In this document: piece by piece, positions 1 to 10,700 of the stretch
Layout of the letters: each line of letters opens with the position of its first letter
Numbering within the stretch: the stretch's first letter is position 1
Source: an uncultured Methanolobus sp.
GTDB taxonomy: Archaea > Halobacteriota > Methanosarcinia > Methanosarcinales > Methanosarcinaceae
Reading direction: 5' to 3'
Length of the DNA stretch: 64,000 nucleotides
NCBI GenBank assembly: GCA_963675495.1
Contig: OY776215.1
Coordinates: 704,001-768,000 of the forward strand
Program-made: the position numbers and the translations under genes
Notes under the pieces: generated by a model
Database searches by the model: none
What the model saw: the letters and a program-made list of their open reading frames with translations, nothing else
Told to the model about the DNA's origin: nothing

Positions 1-1017
1 CTTAGATGCATGTGCGAACATGTCCATCCATATATCAAATCCGTCACGTACATTGGAAACAGAAACATTATTGCTAAAATTCATTCGGGCGATGCTTGAA
101 CCCAGTTTAGGAGCAGCAGCACCAAGGTCTTGCTTGTAAACGAAATTACCTGAGTTTGTGAATGTTTCTGTCATGTCATATATTCGATCAGTCAGACATT
201 TTTCTGCTTTTTGTGAGATTTCCGGTTGAAACATTAAAGCATCCAGAAGATGAGCCCTTACAAAGGGTATCTCAAAAGACACATCAGCAGAATAAGCAGA
301 TTTGGGACGCATCTCAGCATCAAAAACAATAGGCACATGTACAAACGTCTCTTTCGGCATGAGTATTGAGAGATTTACTTCCCTGCTGCCTAATGGATTC
401 ACATTCTTTTCAAGCTCAGAAGAACTGTAAAAATAAGGAGACTTTGTACTTTTAAATTCTCTGGGAATTAATTTCTGTAGAGAAATAAAGGAATCCCAGC
501 CGCTTTTCTTTGCAATTATACCAGAATCAATTCCACCTTTTTCATTGATACCAATTGCATTTGATGAAACCGAACACATTGCAAGACACTTGGAAATGTT
601 ATCCAGATTTTCATCTGCACTATGAAATGGATGCTTAAAAAAATTAACATACTCTTCCTGATCCATTACTTTTCTGTGAAGGAGTTTTTTAGGGTCGACT
701 TTTTTCCACGCTTTCACATGCCTGATATCAATGTTAACGAGATTATCAAATGTGCCCCTGACAACTCTTTCTGTTTCAAAGGATGTGACTTTGATCAGCT
801 CATTGTTGTTTGGTGTCGGGACAGATTCATCGGAGATTATATAGAACTCTCTTTTTGGTGTAGGGAGAAAAGGGGAAGGATCCAGATAAAAAAGATGCCT
901 GCTTCGGCCATCAAATCGGACAAAGCCCATCTCATCACTATCAAATATGAGTTTGTGCTCCACACCAGAGAGCTCATAACCAAACTCGCGGTTTTTCAGG
1001 GTTTGTCTTCTGACCAT
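1..1017 (-). CDS. Hypothetical protein, degenerate MCM-like (OB-fold + inactive AAA+/lid); 3' end runs off the window
   Basis: Not in the ORF track. Manual translation from ATG 1017 is open for 339 codons to position 1 (MVRRQTLKNREFGYELSG...ENLDNISKCLAMCSVSS...KGGIDSGII...KLIPRE...VRAHLLDALMFQPEISQKAEKCL...SSIARMNFSNNVSVSNVRDGFDIW). Confidence is for the ORF; the family call is less certain. Confidence 0.8.
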   Translation of the reverse strand, partial: MVRRQTLKNREFGYELSGVEHKLIFDSDEMGFVRFDGRSRHLFYLDPSPFLPTPKREFYIISDESVPTPNNNELIKVTSFETERVVRGTFDNLVNIDIRHVKAWKKVDPKKLLHRKVMDQEEYVNFFKHPFHSADENLDNISKCLAMCSVSSNAIGINEKGGIDSGIIAKKSGWDSFISLQKLIPREFKSTKSPYFYSSSELEKNVNPLGSREVNLSILMPKETFVHVPIVFDAEMRPKSAYSADVSFEIPFVRAHLLDALMFQPEISQKAEKCLTDRIYDMTETFTNSGNFVYKQDLGAAAPKLGSSIARMNFSNNVSVSNVRDGFDIWMDMFAHASK

Positions 1018-1185
1018 ACCATGACCTTAATGTTATTGGTTGATAAGTTTTATTCAACTTCAGGTCAAAAGACGTGTAATCCAACTTGTAAACTGCAATC
1101 TTATGATGCACCTAACCTATAAGTATCCGGAAATCAGTATTTTGGGTATTCACATCACAATTAATGCAGCAGAGGTAGCTAGAAC

Positions 1186-1707
1186 ATGAAAGGAACAATC
1201 GATACCATATTATCAAGACGCAGCATCCGTAACTTCACATCAGAAGAAATCAAAGAGGAAGATATCAAAACAATACTTGAAGCAGGCAGATGGGCACCAT
1301 CCGGACTCAATAACCAGCCATGGAAATTTATTGTGATCAAAAACAAAGGAATCATGAAGGAACTGGCAACCTGCACGCACTACACCAATATTATTTTGAA
1401 TGCACCGTTGTTGATAGCTGTTTATCTGGACCTTGATACGATGTATAATAAGACTAAGGACATCCAGGCCATAGGAGCATCCATACAGAATATGCTTCTG
1501 GCATGCTGTGATCTTGAACTTGGAGCTGTCTGGCTGGGAGAGATATTAAACAACTCAAATAAAGTAAACTTGATTCTGAATTGTCCTGATGATGTAGAGC
1601 TTATGGCAGTACTTGCAATCGGCAAACCTGCAGATAGTGGGAAAAAGGGTATCAGAAAAGATCTGAGTGAGATAGCATACACTGAAAAGTATGGGGAGTC
1701 ATTTTAA
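1186..1707 (+). CDS. Nitroreductase family protein
   Basis: RRSIRNF, APSGLNNQPWKF and LGAVWLG motifs. Confidence 0.93.
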   Translation: MKGTIDTILSRRSIRNFTSEEIKEEDIKTILEAGRWAPSGLNNQPWKFIVIKNKGIMKELATCTHYTNIILNAPLLIAVYLDLDTMYNKTKDIQAIGASIQNMLLACCDLELGAVWLGEILNNSNKVNLILNCPDDVELMAVLAIGKPADSGKKGIRKDLSEIAYTEKYGESF

Positions 1708-1723
1708 CTAGAATATGGAGGCT

Positions 1724-1834
1724 GAGACGAATTGAAAGTAACCTTTTGTGTTGTGTAGATTGGTTGGAGGTGGTAGATTTGTATGACCCATTTATAGTGG
1801 AATATAATCAGGAAACAGGCCTGCAATTCGTCTC
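1724..1834. mobile_element. MITE-like 111-bp element / IS end remnant
   Basis: Perfect 11-bp terminal inverted repeat GAGACGAATTG (1724-1734) / CAATTCGTCTC (1824-1834), between convergent genes. No clear target-site duplication. Confidence 0.4.
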
Positions 1835-1930
1835 TAATTCATAAAATAGATTTCATCGTATATAAGTGTTTGTCAATTTTAAAGATAAATCAAGGAAAAC
1901 TGATTTACCATTTAATCCATTTTGCTTGAT

Positions 1931-4258
1931 TCAAGTAGATTTTCTCTTCTTCCCGGCACACTGTCGATTGGCACAGAACTCCACAGCATCCTTTTTTTGC
2001 TCTTTGACACGCAACATGTGCCACCCACAATGCTCACATAAAGTACTGAGAACTGTAAGTCTACCTGATTTAGGAACTGATTGTGTGTGTCCACACCTGT
2101 TGGTGCAGCCGAGGAAACGGGAATCTTTCACAGATATGACAAACATCGATCCATCACAAACAGGACACGGGCCTACAACTTCAGGAGGGAAACATTTCTT
2201 TTCCATATCACACGTAAAACAGGGGCCAATTCCCACAGCCCAGTTGTATTTATTGCCGACCTTAAGAACCGTAACTCCACCTTTAATGCACTCCTGGGAA
2301 CGCAGGACTGTAAGCGCGCCCGCCTTTGGCAGAGGATATGTATTTTTACACTGAGGATAACCAGTGCAACCCACAAACCTTCCTTTATCGGTCTTGATCA
2401 TATGCAATATTCGTCCACATTCAGGACAGGTCCCTACAAAATTCTTTTTATCAGTGGTTACCTGCTCATCGGTGATGGTACCTGCCATTCTTGTAGCGAT
2501 CGCATCCTTGCTTGAGTTTAGCTGGGAATACATTTCCTTGATAAGCAGAGTCCCTTCATCAAGAGCAGCAGCAAGCGTCTTTTTCCCGTCTTCTACATCC
2601 TGTATCAAAGATTCTATACGAGCCCTTATCTCAGGTTTTACAAGTATTGCCACAGTTGTATCGAGTGTATCCATCAAGGTAAAACCAGTATCTAAAATGG
2701 AAATTGTCTTACCTTTTGTTTCAAAATAGCCTCGTTTCTTATTAGTCTCAATATGACTGGGGGCTGTTGCCTTGGTACCAATGCCATGCTTGTCCATCAA
2801 AGTAAGAAGTTCTGCCTCGGTAAGTCTTTTAGGAGGATTGGTCGCAGACTTGATGTTCTTTATTTTCTTAACATCAACCTCCTCCTTTTCATCGATAGCA
2901 GGCAGTAGTTTATCGTTCTTGGTCTCAAACGGATATACATCAAGCCATCCAGAATCCCTTAGCACTGAACCCGTGACGTCAAATATTTCCCCACCAACGA
3001 TTATTTCGAACCTTGTTTTCTCAAATACGGCAGGGTTCATGAGGTTTGCAAGGAAATGTCTCACGATAAGATCATAGACCTTCCATGCATCCGGCATCCT
3101 GACACTCCGCTCCACGTCATCCCTTGAAGCTGCTTTGATGGGGTGTATAGGAGGGTGATCGTGTCCATCTTTTGTACCATTCCTGCACTTAATATCCCCG
3201 GCAGAGAGTATTGAAAGCGCATGTTTTTGGAAAATACCTGATGAGAAAGACACCAGCTTTGAGCGGAAATCAAAATCATCAGCATATTTGTTGGTCTCCG
3301 TCCTTGGATAACTGGTAAAACCTGAAAGATATAGTTGCTCTGCTATCTCAAGGGCATTTTCAGGACTTATGCCCAGAAATTTGGAAGCACGCTTCAGGAA
3401 CTCAGTTGTATTTAGCGGATACGGAGGATTTGTAAGAACGTTTTTCACGGTTTTTTTGTCCACAAGACCTTTCTTACAATTCTTTATCCGGGCAAATATT
3501 TCATCAGCCTTTGCTTTTTCAGAAATATGCCCGCCCCTGTAAGCACCTGTAAAATCCGTACCATTTTTATTGAAAACAGCTTCTATTTTCCAGAAATCCT
3601 TTGATTGGAAGTTTTTTATAAGCTTCTCCCTCTCGTAGACAAAACCACAGGTTGGAGTCTGGCAAGGACCGATTGATATCACACCCTTGGTACGAGCCCT
3701 TTCCCTGACTGCAAGGGTCATGAAACGGGTGAACGCAGCACCCATTTTAAGGTCAAGTATCTGGCGGGCCTCTGCTGACATTGCCATATTATAATCCGGT
3801 TCAACAAGATTTGCAAAAGCTTTTTTAATCTCACTTGCAGAAAGTGAAGAAAAACGTGCTCTTTTAACCGGAAAGGAAGCTACTTTCTCAGCAATCGCCT
3901 TTGCCTCAAATCCTATGTTTTCCCCTTCCCTGTCAAAATCACATGCAAGAACAACTTCCTCAGCACCTGCAGCGAGAAGTGAAATTGCAGCTGCAAAAGG
4001 TTTCTTGGTGACGTTCTTTACAGGATCAGTATCAAGCAGGATCGCAGGATCACATTCACGCCAGTTATTGTATTTTTCAGGAAAATCATAGCCCATGATG
4101 TGCCCGGCAAGACCCATTATACGCCATTCTTTCCCATTCATTTTAAAGTCGTACACTGAAACACCCTCCACAGAAGCGCGATTGAAATGCCCTTCGCTAA
4201 GTATACCTGCTATCTGGGAAGCTGCCTTGTTCTTTTCCGTGAATACGACTATAGACAT
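1931..4258 (-). CDS. topA: DNA topoisomerase type IA with C-terminal Zn ribbons
   Basis: TOPRIM (TEK, DFDREGE), catalytic SYPRTET, GIGTKAT, several CxxC ribbons. Confidence 0.96.
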   Translation of the reverse strand: MSIVVFTEKNKAASQIAGILSEGHFNRASVEGVSVYDFKMNGKEWRIMGLAGHIMGYDFPEKYNNWRECDPAILLDTDPVKNVTKKPFAAAISLLAAGAEEVVLACDFDREGENIGFEAKAIAEKVASFPVKRARFSSLSASEIKKAFANLVEPDYNMAMSAEARQILDLKMGAAFTRFMTLAVRERARTKGVISIGPCQTPTCGFVYEREKLIKNFQSKDFWKIEAVFNKNGTDFTGAYRGGHISEKAKADEIFARIKNCKKGLVDKKTVKNVLTNPPYPLNTTEFLKRASKFLGISPENALEIAEQLYLSGFTSYPRTETNKYADDFDFRSKLVSFSSGIFQKHALSILSAGDIKCRNGTKDGHDHPPIHPIKAASRDDVERSVRMPDAWKVYDLIVRHFLANLMNPAVFEKTRFEIIVGGEIFDVTGSVLRDSGWLDVYPFETKNDKLLPAIDEKEEVDVKKIKNIKSATNPPKRLTEAELLTLMDKHGIGTKATAPSHIETNKKRGYFETKGKTISILDTGFTLMDTLDTTVAILVKPEIRARIESLIQDVEDGKKTLAAALDEGTLLIKEMYSQLNSSKDAIATRMAGTITDEQVTTDKKNFVGTCPECGRILHMIKTDKGRFVGCTGYPQCKNTYPLPKAGALTVLRSQECIKGGVTVLKVGNKYNWAVGIGPCFTCDMEKKCFPPEVVGPCPVCDGSMFVISVKDSRFLGCTNRCGHTQSVPKSGRLTVLSTLCEHCGWHMLRVKEQKKDAVEFCANRQCAGKKRKST

Positions 4259-4419
4259 GCTGCTCCCCTATGTTCTGATATTAGATAAGAATTGAGCTTG
4301 CGGGGTGAAAGTAATACGTAGCTCAAGTATTGATAAATATTCAATAAGTACTGTGAAAGATATATATGTGGCAAGAATGTATCTGCACCTAAACAAGAAT
4401 ACTGCATACCGGAGCTACA

Positions 4420-5703
4420 ATGACACTAATGGAAGATGCAAAAAAAGGCATAATAACACCCCAGATGGAAGCTGTTGCCAGAGATGAAGGCATTGATGCT
4501 AAAACTATCTGTTCCTGTGTTGCCAAGGGAACAATCAGTATCCCCAATAACCCTGTAAGGGACTGCAGGGTCATAGGTATAGGTAAATATCTCAGTACAA
4601 AGGTAAACGCTAATATCGGAACCTCTCGCGATTACATTAATATTGATGAAGAAGTTGAGAAGGCAAAAACAGCAGAAACCTTTGGTGCAGACGCACTCAT
4701 GGACCTGTCAACAGGCGGCGATCTGGACCTTATCAGGAAAAAGATAATGGATGCTGTGAACATCCCTATAGGCTCTGTTCCAATATATCAGGCTGCAGCT
4801 TCAAAAAAGACTGTTGTGGACATGACCTCTGATGACATGTTCAATGCCGTACGCAAACATGCAAAAGATGGTATTGACTTTGTCACCATACATGCCGGTG
4901 TGAATCAGGATTCCATGGAGAGGATCAAACAAGGTGACAGAATAACAGATATCGTCAGTCGTGGTGGCTCATTCACCCTTGCGTGGATGCTGCACAATGG
5001 AGAAGACAACCCTTTTTATTCAGAGTACGATTACCTGCTGGAGATTGCCCATGAGTATGATATGGCCGTGAGTCTTGGAGACGGCATGAGACCCGGATGC
5101 ATCCATGATGCTTCTGACGGCCCTTCCTTTATGGAATTCATAACACTTGGAGAACTTGTAAGACGTACACGGGAAGCAAACATACAGTGTTTTGTTGAAG
5201 GACCCGGACACGTCCCTATTGACGAAGTAGAACTCAGTGTGAAAGGAATGAAAAGCCTGTGCAATAATGCCCCCCTCTATCTTTTGGGTCCGCTTGTGAC
5301 AGATATTGCACCCGGATACGACCACATAACCGGAGCCATAGGAGGCACTTTAGCCGGAATGTACGGGACTGATTTCCTGTGCATGACCACACCAGCCGAG
5401 CATCTGGCACTACCAACTAATGATGATATCCGTGAAGGAACCATCGTTACTAAAATTGCAGCTCATGCAGCAGACCTTACAAAAGAAGGGCAGAAAGAAC
5501 GTGCAAGAGCGGTTGATGATAAAATGGCACATGCACGTAAAAACCTGGATTGGGACACACAGTTCGACCTTGCAATAGATGGAGAAAAAGCAAAGAGCAT
5601 AAGGGATAGCAGGAACACAGGAAGCGGAGCATGTTCCATGTGCGGTGATCTGTGTGCTATGAAAATAGTAAGCAAGGCACTTGAAGAAGAGAAAAAAAGG
5701 TGA
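4420..5703 (+). CDS. thiC: Phosphomethylpyrimidine synthase ThiC family (ThiC or Bza paralog)
   Basis: [38 protein letters not shown]-terminal CSMCGDLC Fe-S motif. Confidence 0.9.
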   Translation: MTLMEDAKKGIITPQMEAVARDEGIDAKTICSCVAKGTISIPNNPVRDCRVIGIGKYLSTKVNANIGTSRDYINIDEEVEKAKTAETFGADALMDLSTGGDLDLIRKKIMDAVNIPIGSVPIYQAAASKKTVVDMTSDDMFNAVRKHAKDGIDFVTIHAGVNQDSMERIKQGDRITDIVSRGGSFTLAWMLHNGEDNPFYSEYDYLLEIAHEYDMAVSLGDGMRPGCIHDASDGPSFMEFITLGELVRRTREANIQCFVEGPGHVPIDEVELSVKGMKSLCNNAPLYLLGPLVTDIAPGYDHITGAIGGTLAGMYGTDFLCMTTPAEHLALPTNDDIREGTIVTKIAAHAADLTKEGQKERARAVDDKMAHARKNLDWDTQFDLAIDGEKAKSIRDSRNTGSGACSMCGDLCAMKIVSKALEEEKKR

Positions 5704-5769
5704 CAACATAGTCACCTATTATTTCCCTGCAATGTAACTCTTTTAAACATTGAATGATAATTTTAATTT

Positions 5770-6606
5770 ATGAAGCTCACCGTCCTTCTGGATAACAATA
5801 CGATCATTGACCGGTATTTTTTAGGTGAACCAGGCGTTTCCTACTTTATAGAAGATAACGGAACAAGAATACTTTTCGATGTAGGATACTCTGATGCATT
5901 TCTTCAGAATGCACACAAAATGAAAATAGACCTTCTTAACCTGGACCATATCGTTTTGTCCCACGGTCATCTGGATCACACATGGGGACTTGATTCCATG
6001 GTAAGGATATTTACTGAAGCAAAAATAGAAGGGCTTTTGCATTCAGAACCCACTGTTGTTGCCCATCCATTAGTATTCAATAGCAAAACCTATGCAGGTC
6101 TAAAAGAGATCGGAAGTATTATTGGTGCAGAAAAACTCTCAAGGATATTCAAGCTAAAACTAAGCCGTGTGCCTTTGTGGCTGACTGAAAATATCGTATT
6201 TCTTGGAGAGATCCCCCGAATCTTTGATTTTGAACTAAATACACTGGAAAGCAAGGTCATAATAGATGGAAAAGAATACGAAGATGATCTTTCTGACGAT
6301 ACTGCCATTGCCATTAAGACTGAAAATGGTCTTGTCATCATCACAGGTTGTTCACATTCAGGAATTTGCAATATAATCGAATATGCTAAAAGTGTTTGCA
6401 ATGAAGATAGAATTGTAGATGTTGTAGGAGGTTTTCATTTGCTCCAACCACCAGAAGAAAAGATCAACAGAACAGTTGATTATTTCAGCAAACTCAATGC
6501 CCGGGAAGTTCACGCATGTCATTGCACAGACCTTATGTCAAAAATAGTTTTATCTAAAGTCTGTAAACTAAAAGAAGTAGGTTCTGGTCTGCGGCTTGAA
6601 TATTAG
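5770..6606 (+). CDS. MBL-fold metallohydrolase (MJ0301/DHPS-like subfamily)
   Basis: LSHGHLDHTWG, TGCSHSG, GGFHL, CHCT. Confidence 0.9.
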   Translation: MKLTVLLDNNTIIDRYFLGEPGVSYFIEDNGTRILFDVGYSDAFLQNAHKMKIDLLNLDHIVLSHGHLDHTWGLDSMVRIFTEAKIEGLLHSEPTVVAHPLVFNSKTYAGLKEIGSIIGAEKLSRIFKLKLSRVPLWLTENIVFLGEIPRIFDFELNTLESKVIIDGKEYEDDLSDDTAIAIKTENGLVIITGCSHSGICNIIEYAKSVCNEDRIVDVVGGFHLLQPPEEKINRTVDYFSKLNAREVHACHCTDLMSKIVLSKVCKLKEVGSGLRLEY

Positions 6607-6641
6607 GAAGAAAAAAGAAAGGACCCAATAGTCCTCTCACA

Positions 6642-7493
6642 TCATTGTTTCTTGAAGCACATGAACCAGTCGAGGCAATATGTATCTTCATTTTTTGATT
6701 CCACTCTTTCCTTAGCAGTCCCGCATGAACCCGGTGGCGGAATAATCACATCATCCCCCGGTTGCCAGTTAGCAGGGGTTGCAACATTTTCAGCATCCGA
6801 TCTTTGCATTGCAAGCAATAGTCTCTTGACCTCATCCATATTGCGTCCGTTAGATAGCGGATAATACAAAATGGCCCTTATTTTTGCCTTGGGATCTATC
6901 ATAAACACTGCCCTGACAGCCTGTGTATCTGAGGCATTTGGCTGCACCATGCCAAACTTCTTTGCAATATCCATCTTAAGATCAGCAATGACCGGGAAAG
7001 TAATTTCCACTTCTTTCATGCCCTTATATTCTATTTTTTCCTTGATGGTCCGAAGCCATGCAATATGGGCATAGATACTGTCAATGGAAAGGCCCAAAAG
7101 CTCAGCATTGAGTTCCCTGAACTCTTCCTGCATACTTGCAAAGGTCATGAACTCCGTGGTACATACTGGCGTGAAATCTGCAGGATGACTAAAAAAGATT
7201 ACCCACTTACCCTTATAGTCCCTTGGGAAATTTATCGCACCAGCTGTTGTCTCAGCAGTAAATGATGGTGCACTATCACCTATCAAAGGCATATACACAG
7301 GCTGGGATGAGGTTTTATCACTCATTCCGGACTTTATCTTCTTCATACTGCTGTCAAGATATTCATTGATATCCTTCACCTGCTTATCAAATTCCTTTTC
7401 CAGTTCCAGGTCCTTTATGTTCCTGGAAATGTACGCTTTCATATCCATAAACTGGTCTTCAAGATACTTTTTAGTGTCCTTTTTCTCATCCAC
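6642..7493 (-). CDS. Peroxiredoxin (archaeal Prx6/TdxH type) with N-terminal extension
   Basis: FSHPADFTPVCTTE, TPANWQPGD, C-terminal CLDWFMC. Confidence 0.94.
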   Translation of the reverse strand: MDEKKDTKKYLEDQFMDMKAYISRNIKDLELEKEFDKQVKDINEYLDSSMKKIKSGMSDKTSSQPVYMPLIGDSAPSFTAETTAGAINFPRDYKGKWVIFFSHPADFTPVCTTEFMTFASMQEEFRELNAELLGLSIDSIYAHIAWLRTIKEKIEYKGMKEVEITFPVIADLKMDIAKKFGMVQPNASDTQAVRAVFMIDPKAKIRAILYYPLSNGRNMDEVKRLLLAMQRSDAENVATPANWQPGDDVIIPPPGSCGTAKERVESKNEDTYCLDWFMCFKKQ

Positions 7494-7734
7494 TTTAAAT
7501 CACCATTCTAATGAAGTATAAACTACAGGAACGGACTAAAAAATAATGAACATCCCATACTCCACTAATAATTAAGGCATTTTAAGATAAGAACTTGACT
7601 CTTGTGTAGCTAATTGTTATACAGTTAGTGAGTGAAGTGCAACACTTGACAATAAATTATAAATACACTAATATACAAGGATATACTGAATCTTTTATAA
7701 AAATACCAAACTACGAACAGGTCATCTCAGAAAA

Positions 7735-10700
7735 ATGACAAAAAGAGATTACATTTCCGAGGATGAACCGTCTAATATACCAAAAGAAAACAACGATGGT
7801 TTTGAGAAGCTCGTCGATGAATTACCCCTTGGAATGCTTGCATGCGACAGGGAAGGAAACATCACCACAGTAAACGATTTTCTACTGGATCTATTGAATT
7901 CACCCTCAGCTGATGCCACAAAAAAAATCAATTTGCTGACTTTCCCGCCTCTTGTAGAAGCCGGAATTTCTAAAATTGTTGAAGAAACCCTTAACAATGG
8001 TAAGAATACTTCCTTGGAAGGACCTTACAGATCTAAGTGGAAAAAAGAGCTTTTCCTTAGTTTTAAGGCATTCCCAAAAAAGAATGAGTATGGACATATT
8101 TGCGGATGTTATGCTATTGTTGAAGACATCACAAGTAGAAGAAAAGCAAACATTGAGTTTGAGCAAAATAAACACAAAGACGAACTTATATCAAAAATAT
8201 CAAGTCGTTTTATTAACAGCAACTTCAAGGGAATAGATAGTGATATCAACAAGACCCTTAAGGATCTGACAGATTTTGTTGGTGCGGACATTGTAGCTCT
8301 GTTCAGTGTTCATGAAAATACAGGTTACATTGTTAAAACACATGAATGGCACATTGAAGGAGTAATATCCAAAATACCACTCAATGAGAAATGGGATACT
8401 GAAAAGATTGTGTTTAAGCAATTAAGTAATTCACAGATAATAAGTATCCCTGACACCGATAAAATATCTGAAAAAAATACACATATACAGGAAATTCTGC
8501 AAGATCTTGAAATAAAGTCTATTGCAATGATTCCTCTTTCACACCATGGTGCTTTTAAAGGTTTTATTGGAGCAATTTCAAAAAACAAGAAAACGGATTG
8601 GAATGACAATAATCTATATGTCCTGAAAATTGTCGGAGATATGATAGTGAATATCATCGACCGTCAAAATACAGAAAGACTGCTTCTTAAAAAAGAAGAA
8701 GAATATGAGAAAATTATCCATTCTATAGATTCAATAGTATGGAAAGTTGTCTTTGATAAAGAAGGAAACACCCTGAAAACCTATATTGCAGAATCGGTGG
8801 ACAGAATACTGGGACTACCGGATGGCACTATAGCTACTGATTGGGATAAGTATTTAGATTATATACACCCGGAAGACCTCCAAAGAGTGATAGATAAAAT
8901 TGCATTGTCATTTAAAAACCCCGGCACTTCTTTGAATGCGGATTATAGGATGTTAGTTGATGATGGAAGGATAATCTGGATGAATTCCACAGGCAACTCT
9001 TATCTGCAGGATGATGGCACTTTTCTGACCCATGGGACCTCGGTTAATATTACAGAACGCAAAATAGCTGAAAATAAACTGCGTGAAAGTGAAGCTCTTC
9101 TGAATGAAGTTGGTAGAATTGCAAAAATCGGAGGATGGGAGTTAAATGTAGCATCAGGTACGATTACATTGACACCTGAAGTTGCAAGTATCCATGAAAC
9201 AGATAAAGTGGATAATCTTCAGGGAGGATTGGGTCATTTTCCCCAGGGCTCAAGAGAGATCCTTGAAAAAGCAATAAATGATGCTGTTGAAAAATGCGAA
9301 CCATATGATCATGAACTGGAGTTTATCTCAGCAAAAGATAACCATAAATGGGTCAGGGCAATTGGCCGTCCGGTAATAGAAGATGGTAAAGTTGAGAAAT
9401 TGATTGGTACATTGCAGGACATAACAGAACGTAAAGAAGCCGAAATAAAACTGGAACGCAATGAGATAAAATACCATGCTCTTTTCGAACAGTCAAATGA
9501 TGCTATATTCCTGAACGAACTTGATGGACAAATAGTAGACATAAATAAAAAAGCCTGCGAAATGTTTGGATACACACGAGAAAAGCTTCAGAACATGAAT
9601 GTTGTAGAGCTTTTGGCTCCAGAACAGATTGACTCCGCAAGTTTAGGAATGCAGCAATTCAGAGATAATGGCTTTGTGCATATGTACCCATTGTACATAA
9701 AAGCAAACGGTGAAACCTTTGATGCGGAGGTCAATGCTAAGGTTCTTGAAGGATACCCTGATTTGGGTCTGGCTATCGTAAAGGATATCAGTGAGCAGAA
9801 AAAAATAGAAGAGAAAATAATTAGAAGTGAGACAAAATACAGGAGCCTTTTTGAAAAATCTAACGATGCCATAATGATTCACGACCTTAACGGAAAAATA
9901 CTGGAAGCTAATGACAGAGCCTGCGAAATGTTCGGTTATAGTGAGGAAGAATTAAAACAAAGATCGATGATGGACCTGACATTACCAGAAGACAGGGAAG
10001 ACATTAAATCAAGATTTCAGAAAATCAAAACAGAAGGTTACTGCCGTAGGGAAAACAAAATGCTTCGCTCAGATGGAAGTTTGATATATGTAGATGTTAG
10101 TGCTTCATTGCTCAAAACACAACAAGATACAGTCCAGACAGTAGGAAGGGACATAACAGACAGAGTACTAACAGAAGCCGCTGCCATCAATGCAAAAATA
10201 GAGGCAGAGACAGCAAGTCGTGCAAAGAGCGAATTTCTTGCCAACATGAGTCATGAGATACGCACACCATTGAACTCCATTATTGGCTTCTCAGATGTTA
10301 TGATCAATGGTATTGCAGGAGAGCTGATTCCAAAGCAGGAACAGTATATGCAACATATTTCCGACAGTGGACATCATTTACTAAATCTTATCAATGACAT
10401 CCTTGACATTTCAAAAGTAGAAGCAGGAAAGATGGAGCTACATTTTGAGATGATCGATGTACCAACCTCAATGAATGAAATTATTACTATGATGCAGTCG
10501 CTTACATTCATAAAAAACATTAAAGTTAATGCGAATATAGGCGAAAATGTCCCGAATATACGAGCAGACAGGTCAAAGTTTAAACAGATAATGTATAACC
10601 TAATAGGAAATGCAATTAAGTTCACCAATGATGAAGGTGAGATTAACATCCTTGCAAATGTTGAAGGTTCTAAACTGCTTGTTTCTGTTATCGACAACGG

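Noticed and set aside
622-1122. 166-aa + strand ORF from the track
   Set aside because: It is antisense to the longer, protein-like minus-strand frame at 1-1017 and has no motifs.
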